Below are positions 44,589 through 56,500 of a stretch of 64,000 nucleotides of DNA, piece after piece; the first letter of the stretch is position 1, and every line of letters begins with the position of its first letter. Source of the stretch: Pachysolen tannophilus NRRL Y-2460. Lineage: Eukaryota. Made by a program: the position numbers and the translations under genes. The stretch spans positions 1,086,502-1,150,501 of the forward strand of contig KV454013.1 in the NCBI GenBank assembly GCA_001661245.1, given 5' to 3'. The notes beneath the pieces were generated by a model, which was not told the origin of the DNA, did no database searches, and saw only the letters and a list, made by a program, of their open reading frames with translations.

Positions 44589-46451
44589 TTAATCAAAAAC
44601 ATGAATTGGTTCAACCAAGATAATTTCTTCTTTCAGGCTTTCTCTATTATAACTAATAGTGGCCAATAATTTCCCACTAATTATCAACTCTTTAATGGTC
44701 CATTTTCCCTTCAGGTAAATTTCCGGTATTCTATCAATCAAGTTTGGTAATAAGAAATCATACAACTCTTTGTAGTCTTTAATATCTTGTTCTGAAATAG
44801 TAATAGCAGAAGAAAACTGATCAAATAATTGTTGGATCCAAATTGGTAAGAATTCGACATTATTTGTGTCGTAATGATTTCTATTAAAGCAACGAATTAA
44901 CCAAAGAAGGAAAACTTGGTCTTGGAAATTTGAAGAATAAACATCATCAATAGACATTATTCCAAATGATAACATCAATGATTGTTTAAAAGCAATATCT
45001 TTTTTAAATATTTTTTTCAAATCTATCAAATTTGATTTGTAATAACCAAAATATTCTTTTTCCTTTGATTTAATTTCGGAAATTATTTTCAACAACAAGG
45101 ATTTTTGTCCATCACGATAAATAACTGCATTCTTAATATTTCCCTTAACTTCACCTATGCTAGTTAATGATAAATTCTCATTACTTGTCTTTAAGATATT
45201 ATATTTTTGTTCTACTGCTCTTCTTAATTTATTCAATCCTTCTAATTTCATTCTTAACGTCATATTTGTTTCTGAATCATTTTTAACTAAAAAGGCAAAT
45301 AAACTTAACAAATTTTTAGGTATCAAATTTGATTCATTACAATAATATAATAGTCCATCTTTATAATCATCAAAATTTTTTGTTTCATTTGCATTTGTTG
45401 ATTTTTTCGAATCTAATACAGAAAAAGTATAGTCATCCAAGTGTGGCAATTTAATTCCAAATTTTTGAATCAGTGGCAAAGTTTCTAAAGGTAATTTTAT
45501 CCTTAATGCAAGTGAATCTGCTTTATTACTTTCGATTGTAAAACCATAACCTAATAACAATTCTTCATTTCCCTTTGAACCATAATTATTAAACAATTCA
45601 TCACCCTGGTGCAATAATGATGACTGATTATTGGTTAATTTAAAATAAGGACAATTATCCTTTCCATCGGGAACAATTAACCAAGAAACATATGCACTAG
45701 GATCATGATTCAACAAGTCAATTATTGGTATTAACATCGAAAGATTATGATCTGCTTTACTATCTACTAAATGGTAAGGAAATGATCTTGATGTAAAGTT
45801 CAAATATGACCATAAATACATTGGAAACCCAGTCCAATTTTTGTAATTGTAATTATTATCAATCCAATTAATCAATGCATCCTCTTTTTCTTCTTCTTTT
45901 GGTTCTTCACTATCATTACTATTACCATCTTTAAGATTTTGATATATTTGATAAAATTTTGAATCTTCTTCAAATGTATCGGAACGTTTCTCTATAGGAA
46001 TTGAATTAATAGCTTCATACCATTCTTCAACAATTTGTTTAAATTTTTCATTTAAAGAGAATCCTAAATTAGTTCCATTTAAATATTTTTTCTCTAAATT
46101 ATTCCAAGTTAATGGAGAACCAATTTCATGTAATTGAGGTAAATGATGAATATATTGAAACCAAAAACTTTTATTATCTAACCATCTTTCATGACACAAA
46201 TACAATTTTGTAATTGGATTACTATATTTCTTGTTATTATCATTGAAAAAAAATTCATACGCCTTTTTTGGAGTTATAGCAATTGATATTGGTACTGAAA
46301 TATTTGGAATTGATGTATCTAACTTTTTTTCACATAATACAGCTGCTATACCTTTCTCCTCTGTATATTTAAATTCTATCGCAGGATTTATCTGTGAACC
46401 ATTCAGATTCGCCCATTCCACTAACAAATTCAAATCTTCCCCATTTGTCAT
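44589..46451 (-). CDS. SET-domain protein-lysine methyltransferase (Rkm1/Efm1 family)
   Basis: FTSRSFP, LIPIIDLLNHDP, ELFNNYGSKGNEELLLGYGF. Confidence 0.85.
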   Translation of the reverse strand: MTNGEDLNLLVEWANLNGSQINPAIEFKYTEEKGIAAVLCEKKLDTSIPNISVPISIAITPKKAYEFFFNDNNKKYSNPITKLYLCHERWLDNKSFWFQYIHHLPQLHEIGSPLTWNNLEKKYLNGTNLGFSLNEKFKQIVEEWYEAINSIPIEKRSDTFEEDSKFYQIYQNLKDGNSNDSEEPKEEEKEDALINWIDNNYNYKNWTGFPMYLWSYLNFTSRSFPYHLVDSKADHNLSMLIPIIDLLNHDPSAYVSWLIVPDGKDNCPYFKLTNNQSSLLHQGDELFNNYGSKGNEELLLGYGFTIESNKADSLALRIKLPLETLPLIQKFGIKLPHLDDYTFSVLDSKKSTNANETKNFDDYKDGLLYYCNESNLIPKNLLSLFAFLVKNDSETNMTLRMKLEGLNKLRRAVEQKYNILKTSNENLSLTSIGEVKGNIKNAVIYRDGQKSLLLKIISEIKSKEKEYFGYYKSNLIDLKKIFKKDIAFKQSLMLSFGIMSIDDVYSSNFQDQVFLLWLIRCFNRNHYDTNNVEFLPIWIQQLFDQFSSAITISEQDIKDYKELYDFLLPNLIDRIPEIYLKGKWTIKELIISGKLLATISYNRESLKEEIILVEPIHVFD

Positions 46452-46656
46452 CTTCAACCCAACTAATTATTATCTGTTTAAGTTTATGGATTTCATATAC
46501 TGATTAAAATAAATAATACCTGAAAAAAAAAAATTATGAAAAATATGAAAAAAAATGAAAAAAGCAAAATTCAAAAATGCACACTAAAAATTTTAAAAAT
46601 TAAAAAAAACACACAAAAACAACACAAAAAACAAAAAAATTCAATTTTTCCTTCAT

Positions 46657-47841
46657 TCATACAATGCTATATTTTGGGTTATTCCAATATACTTTATTCT
46701 TGAGTATCCAAGGATGGTCATCAATTTTGTCCAAGGGGTATCTATTTTCAGGATTATATTGTAATAATTTTCTTATTAAATCTGCAGCATCTTTATTAAC
46801 AAAATTTGGGATATTTAAATCTACTTTAGCAATTTTTTTATAAGTTGTATTTTTATATTGATCTTCAAAAGGAGGCAGTCCCACTAAGAATTCATACATT
46901 AATACACCTAATGCCCAAACATCTACTTTTTCATTATGTACTTTAGCTTCTACCATTTCTGGAGGTAAATAATCTAGAGTACCACACATTGTTGTTCTCT
47001 TATTTGAAGGGGTATGTACTGACCAACCAAAATCCGATATTTTTATAATATTATTAAAACCTAATAAGATATTTTCTGGTTTAATATCTCTATGAATTAT
47101 ATGTTTTTTATGTAAATAATTTAAAGCACTAGCCATTTGAGAAATATAATGAGAAGCAGCCACATCATTAAAAATTCTTTTTTGTTTTAAAAATCTATAT
47201 AATTCACCATGAATTGCATATTCTAAAATTAAATATACTCTTGTTTGATCATGGAAATAACCATATAATCTTAGACAATTTGGATGTCTTAAATTTGATT
47301 GAATTTCTACTTCTCTTCTAAATTGTTTTTCTACTTTAAATTCAGTTAATTCTTTCTTTTCCATAGCTTTTAAAGCACATATAAATCCAGTTTTTTTATC
47401 TCTAACACAATAAACTTTACCAAATTTACCTTTACCTAATTTTCTACCAATTTCAAAATCAGACAAAGAATATTTTCTTAATGGAATAGTACTATTGTTA
47501 AATGGTGGATAATTACCATTAATATTATTATTAACTTCAATATCACCATTTAATTGTGCTGAAATACTTAATCTATTTTGTAACAGTACAGAACCAGATA
47601 CTCGAGATAATTTTTTCGATAAAGGTGAACCATTTGAATTTAAATTCAAATTCGAATTGGAATTTGAAATCCTCCAAGGTTTTAAACTATTGTTATTATT
47701 CCCATTATTAGCGCCATGGGAACCATGAGCGCTATGACCATTATGACCATTATGAGCACCGGAAAGCTGTCGCTGCCCATTGAGCAGCTTCTGAGTTAGC
47801 GGATTCCTTTGAGTCTTTTTAATTTCAACTTTCGACGACAT
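46657..47841 (-). CDS. IPL1: Aurora kinase Ipl1
   Basis: [45 protein letters not shown]. Confidence 0.93.
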   Translation of the reverse strand: MSSKVEIKKTQRNPLTQKLLNGQRQLSGAHNGHNGHSAHGSHGANNGNNNNSLKPWRISNSNSNLNLNSNGSPLSKKLSRVSGSVLLQNRLSISAQLNGDIEVNNNINGNYPPFNNSTIPLRKYSLSDFEIGRKLGKGKFGKVYCVRDKKTGFICALKAMEKKELTEFKVEKQFRREVEIQSNLRHPNCLRLYGYFHDQTRVYLILEYAIHGELYRFLKQKRIFNDVAASHYISQMASALNYLHKKHIIHRDIKPENILLGFNNIIKISDFGWSVHTPSNKRTTMCGTLDYLPPEMVEAKVHNEKVDVWALGVLMYEFLVGLPPFEDQYKNTTYKKIAKVDLNIPNFVNKDAADLIRKLLQYNPENRYPLDKIDDHPWILKNKVYWNNPKYSIV

Positions 47842-48340
47842 ATCTCCATATAGAATTATATAAAACAATTAACCGCCAATAGATTATAAACTTTCTTTGT
47901 TATATAAACAAAAACAAACAAAAACAAACAAACAAACAAACAGAAATAAAAGAATTACCAAATCGCCGCCCCTAAACAAACTTATTTGTTATCAATTGAT
48001 AACACCGCCCTAACTACTTCTTTTGGTACGTTGGTTTTGATCTGCACTACTTATTATTTTTTTTTTTTTTTAGGTTTTCCTCTTTTGTATATTTGTGTTG
48101 ATGTCGCACTACTGGTATTTTTTCCTTTTTCATCAAAAAGAAAAAATAAAAAATTTTTTTTGTTTTTGCAACTTGCATGCGTCTTCGGTTAAAATTCCTT
48201 TTTAGGACACCAAAGAGTTTTAAAGAGGTTTAAAAGGTATTTTTCCAATTTTTTGACCAGTTTCTTCTTCTTTTTCTTTTTTTTCAACAACGAAAAAAAG
48301 TTTATAGTTATAAATTTGATTTTAAAAAATATATGAGAAA

Positions 48341-49435
48341 ATGACTTATCCAGATGTTTTCCAAGGTTTTGGTGTTGGTGACGCAAAGAAATGGTCTACT
48401 CCTACTTTAGTGGAGTATGCACCTAAACCATTAGATTCTAATGATGTTGATATTGAGATTGAATATTGTGGGATTTGTTCTAGTGATTTACATACGATTA
48501 AAGGTGAATGGGGTCAATTAAGAAGAGATGATTTAGTTGTTGGGCATGAGATTGTTGGTACTGTTGTTGCAGTGGGTCCTAAAGTTTCTAGTCTTGTTGT
48601 TGGTCAAAGAGTTGGAGTTGGTGCACAAAATTTGGCATGTTTAAATTGTAATAGATGTCAAGATAATAATGAACATTATTGTATAACTAAAAATGTTAGT
48701 ACTTATAATAAAAAATTTCCTAATCATGATTATTTTTCTCAAGGTGGTTATGCTTCTCATCATAGATGTCATGAATATTTTGCCTTTCCAATTCCTGATG
48801 AGATTGAATCAAAATATGCTGCTCCTTTATTATGTGGTGGATTAACAGTTTATTCACCTTTAAAAAGATCAGGATGTGGTTTAAATACTACTATTGGAGT
48901 TATTGGTATTGGTGGTTTAGGTCATATGGCAATAATGCTTGCAAAAGCAATGGGTGCTGAAGTTTATGCTTTTTCAAGAAGTTCTGCCAAGAAAGATGAA
49001 GCAATTAAAATGGGTGCAGATCATTTTATTGCAACAGGTGAATCAGAAAATTGGAATCAAGAATTAACTGATAAATTTGATATGATTTTAAATTGTGCTT
49101 CATATATTTCTGGTATTACTTTAAATAGTTATTTATCAATTTTAAAAGTTGATAAATTTTTCGTTAATGTTGGTTTACCTTGTCTGGGTGATGTTTATGA
49201 ATTTTCTCCATTTACTACAATTTCTAATGCTGCAGGTATTAAAAGTTCAAAATTAGGTTCAAGAAAAGAAGTTTTAGAATTATTTGAATTATGTGCTAAA
49301 CATAATATAAAACCATGGATTGAAGAAATTCCAATTAATGGAAAAAATCTTTCAAATGCATTAATTAGATTGGATAAAGGTGATGTTAGATATAGATTTG
49401 TCTTGACTAATTTTAAACAATTTTTTTCATCCTAA
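48341..49435 (+). CDS. NADPH-dependent cinnamyl-type alcohol dehydrogenase (Adh6/Adh7 family)
   Basis: CGICSSDLH, GHEIVG, structural Zn Cys cluster, APLLCGGLTVYSPL, GIGGLGH, GDVRYRF. Confidence 0.9.
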   Translation: MTYPDVFQGFGVGDAKKWSTPTLVEYAPKPLDSNDVDIEIEYCGICSSDLHTIKGEWGQLRRDDLVVGHEIVGTVVAVGPKVSSLVVGQRVGVGAQNLACLNCNRCQDNNEHYCITKNVSTYNKKFPNHDYFSQGGYASHHRCHEYFAFPIPDEIESKYAAPLLCGGLTVYSPLKRSGCGLNTTIGVIGIGGLGHMAIMLAKAMGAEVYAFSRSSAKKDEAIKMGADHFIATGESENWNQELTDKFDMILNCASYISGITLNSYLSILKVDKFFVNVGLPCLGDVYEFSPFTTISNAAGIKSSKLGSRKEVLELFELCAKHNIKPWIEEIPINGKNLSNALIRLDKGDVRYRFVLTNFKQFFSS

Positions 49436-49544
49436 AAAAAAATTTAATCATTTTTTTATCCATTACTTCTTTTTTAGTCACTGGGTTGAAACCTAAAAGA
49501 GATCAATCTGGACCTGTTTTAAAATGGATGAAGTGGATGTACTG

Positions 49545-49720
49545 TTTGATGTTGCTGATGCTGCTGATGCCGTTGTGTTGGTGCAGCGGGAGCGGGAGAG
49601 GGAGAGAGAGCATAAGCGGTAGCGGCGGCCCGGAAGTAGTGGGGCGGCCTTGCAGTGGGGGGCTGGAAGTAGAGTTGGGGCCGGCGCTTTCTGTGGGATG
49701 TGTATGTGTCACTCGCCACG
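49545..49720. promoter_or_regulatory. GC-rich island upstream of the GNAT gene
   Basis: Abrupt G-rich stretch with GTGGGG, GCGGGAG and CGG motifs in AT-rich surroundings, followed by TA-rich sequence. Confidence 0.4.
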
Positions 49721-50053
49721 AATAGCCTAAAAAGGAAATTTTCCATTTATTTTTTTTTTATATAGTTTTCCGCGGTGCCTGAAGAGTTTTTATCAGGCTT
49801 AAATAGATAATACATATATTATATTGATTTATATATGTTAAGATATATATATATATTAATAAATATATATATATTTGTATGAAATAATTTATCGGGGAAA
49901 TCATGGAAATATATATTGCATAATAATAACAAGGTTGGAATAGTTAAACTGAGTTTTTTTTTTTTTTTTATTTTTTGTAATTTGATAATTGGTTTATGTT
50001 TTATCAGTTTGTTATTATTATTATATAATCTATGAAAAAATAATTGTATTAGG

Positions 50054-50800
50054 ATGTCAAAAGTTGAAATATTAACTACTGCTGATTATAAGAAAGCAGC
50101 CAAGACTTTATATGAGGCTTTTAGTGGGGACACTGACGATGTTGCCAATTATGTTTCTTATCATTTGAAAGGACAACCTGAGTTGAAGAAGAAAGTTGAA
50201 ATGTCACTTTATGAATGTTATGTATATTCACATATGTTAAAAGGGTTAGTTATTGGAGTTAAAGGTGAAAATCATGAATTTGAAGATAGTTTTGAATCTG
50301 TTGCTGTATGGTCAACCCCTCAAGGTGGTGATTTTACAGATCCATTAACCATGTTAAGAAGTGGATGGATAAAGTTTTCATGGCTTACTGGTTCTGAAGG
50401 TCGTCGTAGAGTTTTTAAAACAATGTTTCAAACTTTACATGAAAATCAAGTTGAAATCTTACTGGATGAGATTGAAAATTGTTATACTTTAGTTTATTTA
50501 GGAAGTACTCCAAAGGCAAGAGGAAAGGGAAATGTTCGTAAGATGTTTGATTTTATGTTTGAAAATTATATTGATAAGAATAATTCAATAAGTTATTTAG
50601 AAAGTTCTGCAATAATAAATATTCCAATATATACTAAATTTGGATTTCAACCTGTTAAAGATATATGGTTAGGTGATAAAAATGATCCAAATCGAGATTG
50701 TGCAAGAATGGACGTTATGGTAAGAGGTGCTAGAGGGAAACAATGGAACAAATTGAATCAAATTAGAACAAGTTGTAATTATCAGATTCCGGACTTTTAA
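50054..50800 (+). CDS. GNAT-family N-acetyltransferase
   Basis: YTLVYLGSTPKARGKG (motif A) and YLESSAIINIPIYTKFGF (motif B). Confidence 0.85.
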   Translation: MSKVEILTTADYKKAAKTLYEAFSGDTDDVANYVSYHLKGQPELKKKVEMSLYECYVYSHMLKGLVIGVKGENHEFEDSFESVAVWSTPQGGDFTDPLTMLRSGWIKFSWLTGSEGRRRVFKTMFQTLHENQVEILLDEIENCYTLVYLGSTPKARGKGNVRKMFDFMFENYIDKNNSISYLESSAIINIPIYTKFGFQPVKDIWLGDKNDPNRDCARMDVMVRGARGKQWNKLNQIRTSCNYQIPDF

Positions 50801-50940
50801 ATAAATATATTTTTTAAGGTAATTAATTAAATAGTTAAATAATTAAAAAATAAATAAATAAATAAAAATAAAAAAAAACAATAAAGTAAATAATAAGTAT
50901 ATATATATATATTATTATAAATAACTTGAATTCTTTTTCA

Positions 50941-52095
50941 ATGTCATTCTCAAAGGAAACTCAGGATTTTATAGATAAAAAGTTGAATCCTACAATTCCA
51001 GAAAATTTACTGAATGATAATAGGATTTCTTATGACCAAGTGCTGGAAAGATGGATTTTTGAAAATCCAAATACTGATGAAGAATTGGAATATAATTTAA
51101 TTTTACAAACATGGATAGCTAGGACAAAACAAGGATCAGAAACTTTAACTAAGAGGAAATTGGATGAGCAGCAAGATAATAAGGTTGATGATGATGATCA
51201 TCGTAAAGAATTTCAACTGTTGAAAAAACAAAAATTACAAGAATTAAAACAACTGAAATTAAAAGAAAAACTGCCTCAAAATAAAAATACAGGTATTTAT
51301 ATTTCTAATTTACCACCAAATATCACTAAAGAAGAATTGATAACAATTTTTAGTAAATATGGTGTTATAGCAGAAGATGTAATAACTGAAGAAAAAAGGG
51401 TTAAATTATATAAAGATGAAAAAGGAAATTTTAAAAGAGATGGTTTGATTGTATATTTGAAAGAAGAAAGTTGTTTTTTAGCAATTGAGATGTTGGATGA
51501 TACTAAGTTGAATGTTGGTGATACCGATACTATACGAGTTCAGCGGGCAGATTTTTCTAACAAAGAAAATAATGGGAACGGGAACACTGATGGTGGAGAA
51601 AAGAATGATAATACAGGATCAAGTACTCAAAAGAGACAATTAACAGATCGTGAAAAACTTTTAGTTAAGCAAAGATTAAACAAGTTAAATAAAAAAGTTT
51701 CTGATTGGGAAGGTAACGATGAAGATTTTTTCAATGAAAATTTAAATGTTGTTAAAAAAACACATAATAGGAAAAATAAATCTGCTGGAACTGGGCCCAA
51801 AGTTATAGTATTTGAAAATTGTTTTAATCCATCAGAACTAGTTTCCAAAGATGATATTGCAGATTTATATGAAGATTTTGTTGATGAAATAAAGGAAAAT
51901 TGCAATTGTGAAAATGTGGAACTAGAAATTTTTGACCAGGATGAAAAAGGACTTATTATTTGTAAATTTGATCAAACTGAAAGTGCAGATCTATGTGTTA
52001 AAATTTTCAATGATAGATACTTTGATGGTAAGAGATTAAGAGTTTATACAATGGATGAAAATAAAGATTTGGAAAAGAAATTAAAGCAAACCTAG
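50941..52095 (+). CDS. CUS2: U2 snRNP-associated Cus2/Tat-SF1
   Basis: RRM (NTGIYISNLP, VKLYKDEKGNFKRDGLIVYLKEES, VQRADF) plus UHM (FNDRYFDGKRL). Confidence 0.85.
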   Translation: MSFSKETQDFIDKKLNPTIPENLLNDNRISYDQVLERWIFENPNTDEELEYNLILQTWIARTKQGSETLTKRKLDEQQDNKVDDDDHRKEFQLLKKQKLQELKQLKLKEKLPQNKNTGIYISNLPPNITKEELITIFSKYGVIAEDVITEEKRVKLYKDEKGNFKRDGLIVYLKEESCFLAIEMLDDTKLNVGDTDTIRVQRADFSNKENNGNGNTDGGEKNDNTGSSTQKRQLTDREKLLVKQRLNKLNKKVSDWEGNDEDFFNENLNVVKKTHNRKNKSAGTGPKVIVFENCFNPSELVSKDDIADLYEDFVDEIKENCNCENVELEIFDQDEKGLIICKFDQTESADLCVKIFNDRYFDGKRLRVYTMDENKDLEKKLKQT

Positions 52096-52415
52096 TGAAA
52101 ATTCAATTCCAATTCAAACTTTTTTTTTCTTTATGTAATAATATTTAGATATTTTTTATGGATCTCAAACAGTTAATATAAACAAATTAGAACGTTAAAT
52201 TCAAAACAACAGGAAATATTTTTTTTTAAATGAAAAAAAAAAAAAAAAAAGAATAGAACTAATATATATATAATATTGTTTTTGTATAAAAAGATTTCTA
52301 GTGAAAAGGTTGGGGATAACTAATAACGAAAAAAAAATAAAAATGAAAAATGAAAAAAGAATAATAATAACTGAAAAAAAAAAAAAAAAAAACTAAAACA
52401 AGGTTACTCTTAATT

Positions 52416-55232
52416 TTAAGCAACACCATTTATGATAGCCTCACACAACTGTTCGTCTTCACCTCTCACCTGTGTCTTCATCATAATTCCTCTTGACGAA
52501 TTAGCAGCTAATCTAATGATACATGCAACTTTAGCAGAGTTCAAAATACTCTTACCAAATAACTTCAAAACATGAGTAGTTGAGTTTGAATCAGTAACTA
52601 TATCTGATCCATCTACTGGCATCATTGAAAGAACTCTGATCAATCTTTGAACAATTTCTTGTAAATCATTAGAATCAGATAAGTTGTAAACACCACTTTG
52701 TTCAATTTTAGAAAGTTCGTCCCATTGGTGGGTGAAATTCCCTGTGAATGAAGGAATAATGAAATCTCCTGGTGTCAATGATAATTCTTCAATTTGATAT
52801 TCATCTTGGAAACCTTCATCCCCTTCAAAAGATTCACCTGTAGTAGTATCAACTTCCTTTGATATAAATGAAAGAGTATTTGTGAATGAAGTCAATTCAA
52901 TTCCCGAAGGTCTTGTGAATGATACGTAAACAGTACCTTTTGATTGAGGTTTCAATTTTTCAATAGGCATTATGAATTCTTCTTCGTATAATTCATCTGC
53001 TTCAGGTGATGAAACCACTGTAACTTCATTTAATTCAGATTCTTCTAAAGTATTTTCAATATTGAATTGTAAGACCAAATGATCTTCAAAAACATGTTTA
53101 ATAACTTCAACAACAAATTCAATTTCTCTCTCTGTCAATTCAACAACTGAAGATGAGTGTAACAAGTTACCATAGTTTTTAAATTCTGGTATTGCCGATA
53201 ATTCTTGAGAATATTGTTGTTGTAATACTGTATTTTTGATGTATTGATTGCTTTCTTCTCTATCTTCAGCTCCATATCCATTGTTCTCACCATTTGTGTT
53301 TCTATTCTTATTTTGTTCTACATCTGCATTTGCTTCTTCTTCCAATAATCTTGTCTTTTCTCTGAATTCATAAGCTTTCAGTTCATCATCTGATATAGTT
53401 GGTACAGATTTGATATCAAATGATTGGATAAAGCTTTCCTTATCACCTTGCATATACAAACTTAATTTTTGTTCCAATACAGGTAATGAGTATTTTGTAT
53501 TTGGAGAAATAAAATCTTTTAATTTTTCCTTTTCATCTGGTGAAGACAATTCTTCAAAAGAAGTAATCAATTTTAAAGATAAAGCAGCTCTATCTCTAAC
53601 TTCATCATCAACATCATTTAAACATCTACTTAATAAAATCTTTATACTTTTGCTAATTGATTCATCACCAATCAATGCAAATTTAGACAATGCAATAACT
53701 GCAGAAGATCTAACAATTGAATTTTCCAAGACAACACGATTATAAATGTGTCTAATATATAAAGTTGGATTTGTTGTCTTTGGTCCCTCATTACCCAATA
53801 AATGTAAAATTCTTACAGCTAATTCTGTAAATTCACAATCTTCAATAAATTCACATAAATTTTCAAGAGCTAAATCTCTTGATTGAGGCACAAACTTAAT
53901 CATATCAAATAATGCTTCAACAATTGCATTTTTGAAAACAAATCCACCATCATCTCTAAGACAATCATTTAAGAAATTTAACATTGTCTTATATTTTTCT
54001 GGGAATTTTAAAGATAATGTTCTAATTGCATCAATTACAACAATTTTGAATTCATCTGAAATATCATTCATAAATTTCAATATTGTTTTAATCAATCTAT
54101 CAACATTATCTGAATTACCAGTTTTCAATAATGTGGTAATTGCATAAGTTGAAACAGATCTGTTTGAATCATTAATTAAATTTTCTAATTCCACATTACA
54201 TATAACAATTTTTTCTGGTGTTTTCATTGCAATTTTATTTAAAATTCTAACAGCGGCAAATCTTGTAACTGTTCTTGGAACAGATAATAAGATTTGTAAA
54301 CAATTTATTGCAGCTAAATGTTGTTCACTAGAAAAAGAAGAAATTCCTAATATTGTCTTTGCAGCTTCTAATTCAACCATATCTGATTTATTTCTTAACC
54401 AGTTATTTAAAACTGGGAATAATGGCTGAGCATATGAAGGAACATCTTTAATAATTTGACCAATGTAACGGATTAATTGAACAATTGCCAATGGACTTCT
54501 TAATGGAGAATTAGAATTACTCAATTGATTGATCAATTTCATAAGTGCCATCTTATCATGATTTCTTAAATGATATAACAATCCCAACGCGTGATATTGA
54601 TAAACATATGTACTCGAAGGCAATTTGTTAACACCATAATTTTCATGGGTTAAAAATTGTTGTGGAGGGAAAGTCTTTGTAGCGCTAATGGCTTCCTGGG
54701 TTTCATTTGTCCAACGCTTAACAACATCTTTCAGCACAGCTAATAAATGATATGATGAAACTAAAGTAGCCGAGGTAATACTTGGATTTCTATCAACAAC
54801 ACAATTCTTCATCAATCTTTCAGTAGCATGAACCGTGGAAGCATCCACAATTCTTGTTAAAGATCTTATAGCATTCGGCTTATAAATAGCTTCACCATTT
54901 TGAATATCTTTCATAATTGAAGAAGTGACCATCAATACATCCTCACTAATAACCGACAACTCCTTAATAGCCAAATAAACCATCTGTCTAAGAGAAGAAT
55001 CCTTATGTTGGAAGAGTTTTGAAATTGAGAAAAACAAAGTCGTAGCCTCTTGTGATGCAAAACTATCACCTAAATATAATAACCTCAATAATCTCGACAA
55101 CAATAACCGACATCTCTTGGCCTGAACTGGTGAAGTATTAAAAGCATGAAGACAATCCTGGAAAACAGTCATCTTATCCGGCAACGAGCCGGAATCAATG
55201 TCCTCAAATTTTTTATAAGATAGAGTTGACAT
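52416..55232 (-). CDS. SEC21: COPI coatomer gamma subunit
   Basis: MSTLSYKK...LPDKMTVFQDC, LCEFIEDCEF, IRHIYNRVVLEN, DDEVRDRA. Confidence 0.95.
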   Translation of the reverse strand: MSTLSYKKFEDIDSGSLPDKMTVFQDCLHAFNTSPVQAKRCRLLLSRLLRLLYLGDSFASQEATTLFFSISKLFQHKDSSLRQMVYLAIKELSVISEDVLMVTSSIMKDIQNGEAIYKPNAIRSLTRIVDASTVHATERLMKNCVVDRNPSITSATLVSSYHLLAVLKDVVKRWTNETQEAISATKTFPPQQFLTHENYGVNKLPSSTYVYQYHALGLLYHLRNHDKMALMKLINQLSNSNSPLRSPLAIVQLIRYIGQIIKDVPSYAQPLFPVLNNWLRNKSDMVELEAAKTILGISSFSSEQHLAAINCLQILLSVPRTVTRFAAVRILNKIAMKTPEKIVICNVELENLINDSNRSVSTYAITTLLKTGNSDNVDRLIKTILKFMNDISDEFKIVVIDAIRTLSLKFPEKYKTMLNFLNDCLRDDGGFVFKNAIVEALFDMIKFVPQSRDLALENLCEFIEDCEFTELAVRILHLLGNEGPKTTNPTLYIRHIYNRVVLENSIVRSSAVIALSKFALIGDESISKSIKILLSRCLNDVDDEVRDRAALSLKLITSFEELSSPDEKEKLKDFISPNTKYSLPVLEQKLSLYMQGDKESFIQSFDIKSVPTISDDELKAYEFREKTRLLEEEANADVEQNKNRNTNGENNGYGAEDREESNQYIKNTVLQQQYSQELSAIPEFKNYGNLLHSSSVVELTEREIEFVVEVIKHVFEDHLVLQFNIENTLEESELNEVTVVSSPEADELYEEEFIMPIEKLKPQSKGTVYVSFTRPSGIELTSFTNTLSFISKEVDTTTGESFEGDEGFQDEYQIEELSLTPGDFIIPSFTGNFTHQWDELSKIEQSGVYNLSDSNDLQEIVQRLIRVLSMMPVDGSDIVTDSNSTTHVLKLFGKSILNSAKVACIIRLAANSSRGIMMKTQVRGEDEQLCEAIINGVA

Positions 55233-55583
55233 TGTTTAAATAAATACCACTACTATAACAACAACAATAACAATAACAATAACAATAATACTGAGGAAAA
55301 TCCTCTCCTATTGGCGCTACGTCAAACCTTTTATAAAAATACAAAAAAAAAATAAAAAAAAAAATTCGATATTTCCAAAAGATAATACCTAACCCAATTT
55401 CCCTTGATTGGATTGTTTTTAATTGATTTTAACTGTTCTTGCTATGTTATATATATATTATTATATATTATATAGATAATAATACTTAACTACGTGTAGA
55501 TTCATTACTTGATCTTTTTTTTTTTTCCTTTGTTTGAAATTCTCAATGAATTTTTCTGCCAAAAAAAAAAAACCAAAAAAAAA

Positions 55584-55810
55584 NNNNNNNNNNNNNNNNN
55601 NNNNNNNNNNNNNNNNNNNNNNNNNNNNNNNNNNNNNNNNNNNNNNNNNNNNNNNNNNNNNNNNNNNNNNNNNNNNNNNNNNNNNNNNNNNNNNNNNNNN
55701 NNNNNNNNNNNNNNNNNNNNNNNNNNNNNNNNNNNNNNNNNNNNNNNNNNNNNNNNNNNNNNNNNNNNNNNNNNNNNNNNNNNNNNNNNNNNNNNNNNNN
55801 NNNNNNNNNN
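55584..55810. other. Assembly gap (N run)
   Basis: Run of n characters. Confidence 1.
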
Positions 55811-56500
55811 CCATTTTGGATATCCTTCATAATTGAAGAAGTGACCATCAATACATCCTCACTAATAACCGACAACTCCTTAATAGCCAAATAAACCATC
55901 TGTCTAAGAGAAGAATCCTTATGTTGGAAGAGTTTTGAAATTGAGAAAAACAAAGTCGTAGCCTCTTGTGATGCCAAACTATGACCTAAATATGATAACC
56001 TCAATAATCTCGACAACAATAACCGACATCTCTTGGTGAACTGGTGAATATAAAAAGCATGAAGACAATCCTGGAAAACAGTCATCTTATCCGGCAACGA
56101 GCCGGAATCAATGTCCTCAAATTTTTTATAAGATAGAGTTGACATTGTTTAAATAAATACCACTACTATAACAACAACAATAACAATAACAATAACAATA
56201 ATACTGAGGAAAATCCTCTCCTATTGGCGCTACGTCAAACCTTTTATAAAAATACAAAAAAAAAAATAAAAAAAAAAAAATTCGATATTTCCAAAAAGAT
56301 AATACCTAACCCAATTTCCCTTGATTGGATTGTTTTTAATTGATTTTAACTGTTCTTGCTATGTTATATATATATTATTATATATTATATAGATAATAAT
56401 ACTTAACTACGTGTAGATTCATTACTTGATCTTTTTTTTTTTTTCCTTTGTTTGAAATTCTCAATGAATTTTTCTGCCAAAAAAAAAAAAACCAAAAAAA
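55811..56500. repeat. Near-identical direct copy of 54895-55583 (SEC21 5' end and promoter) across the gap
   Basis: Same sequence on both sides of the N run. Mismatches are concentrated near the contig edge and in homopolymer lengths. Confidence 0.9.

Noticed and set aside
49486..49746. Three short ORFs over the GC island
   Set aside because: Open only because of local GC richness; no recognisable motif and atypical codon usage.
55543..56145. Second SEC21 gene or pseudogene
   Set aside because: Near-identical to the adjacent copy including non-coding sequence, and it abuts an N gap. Best explained as contig overlap.
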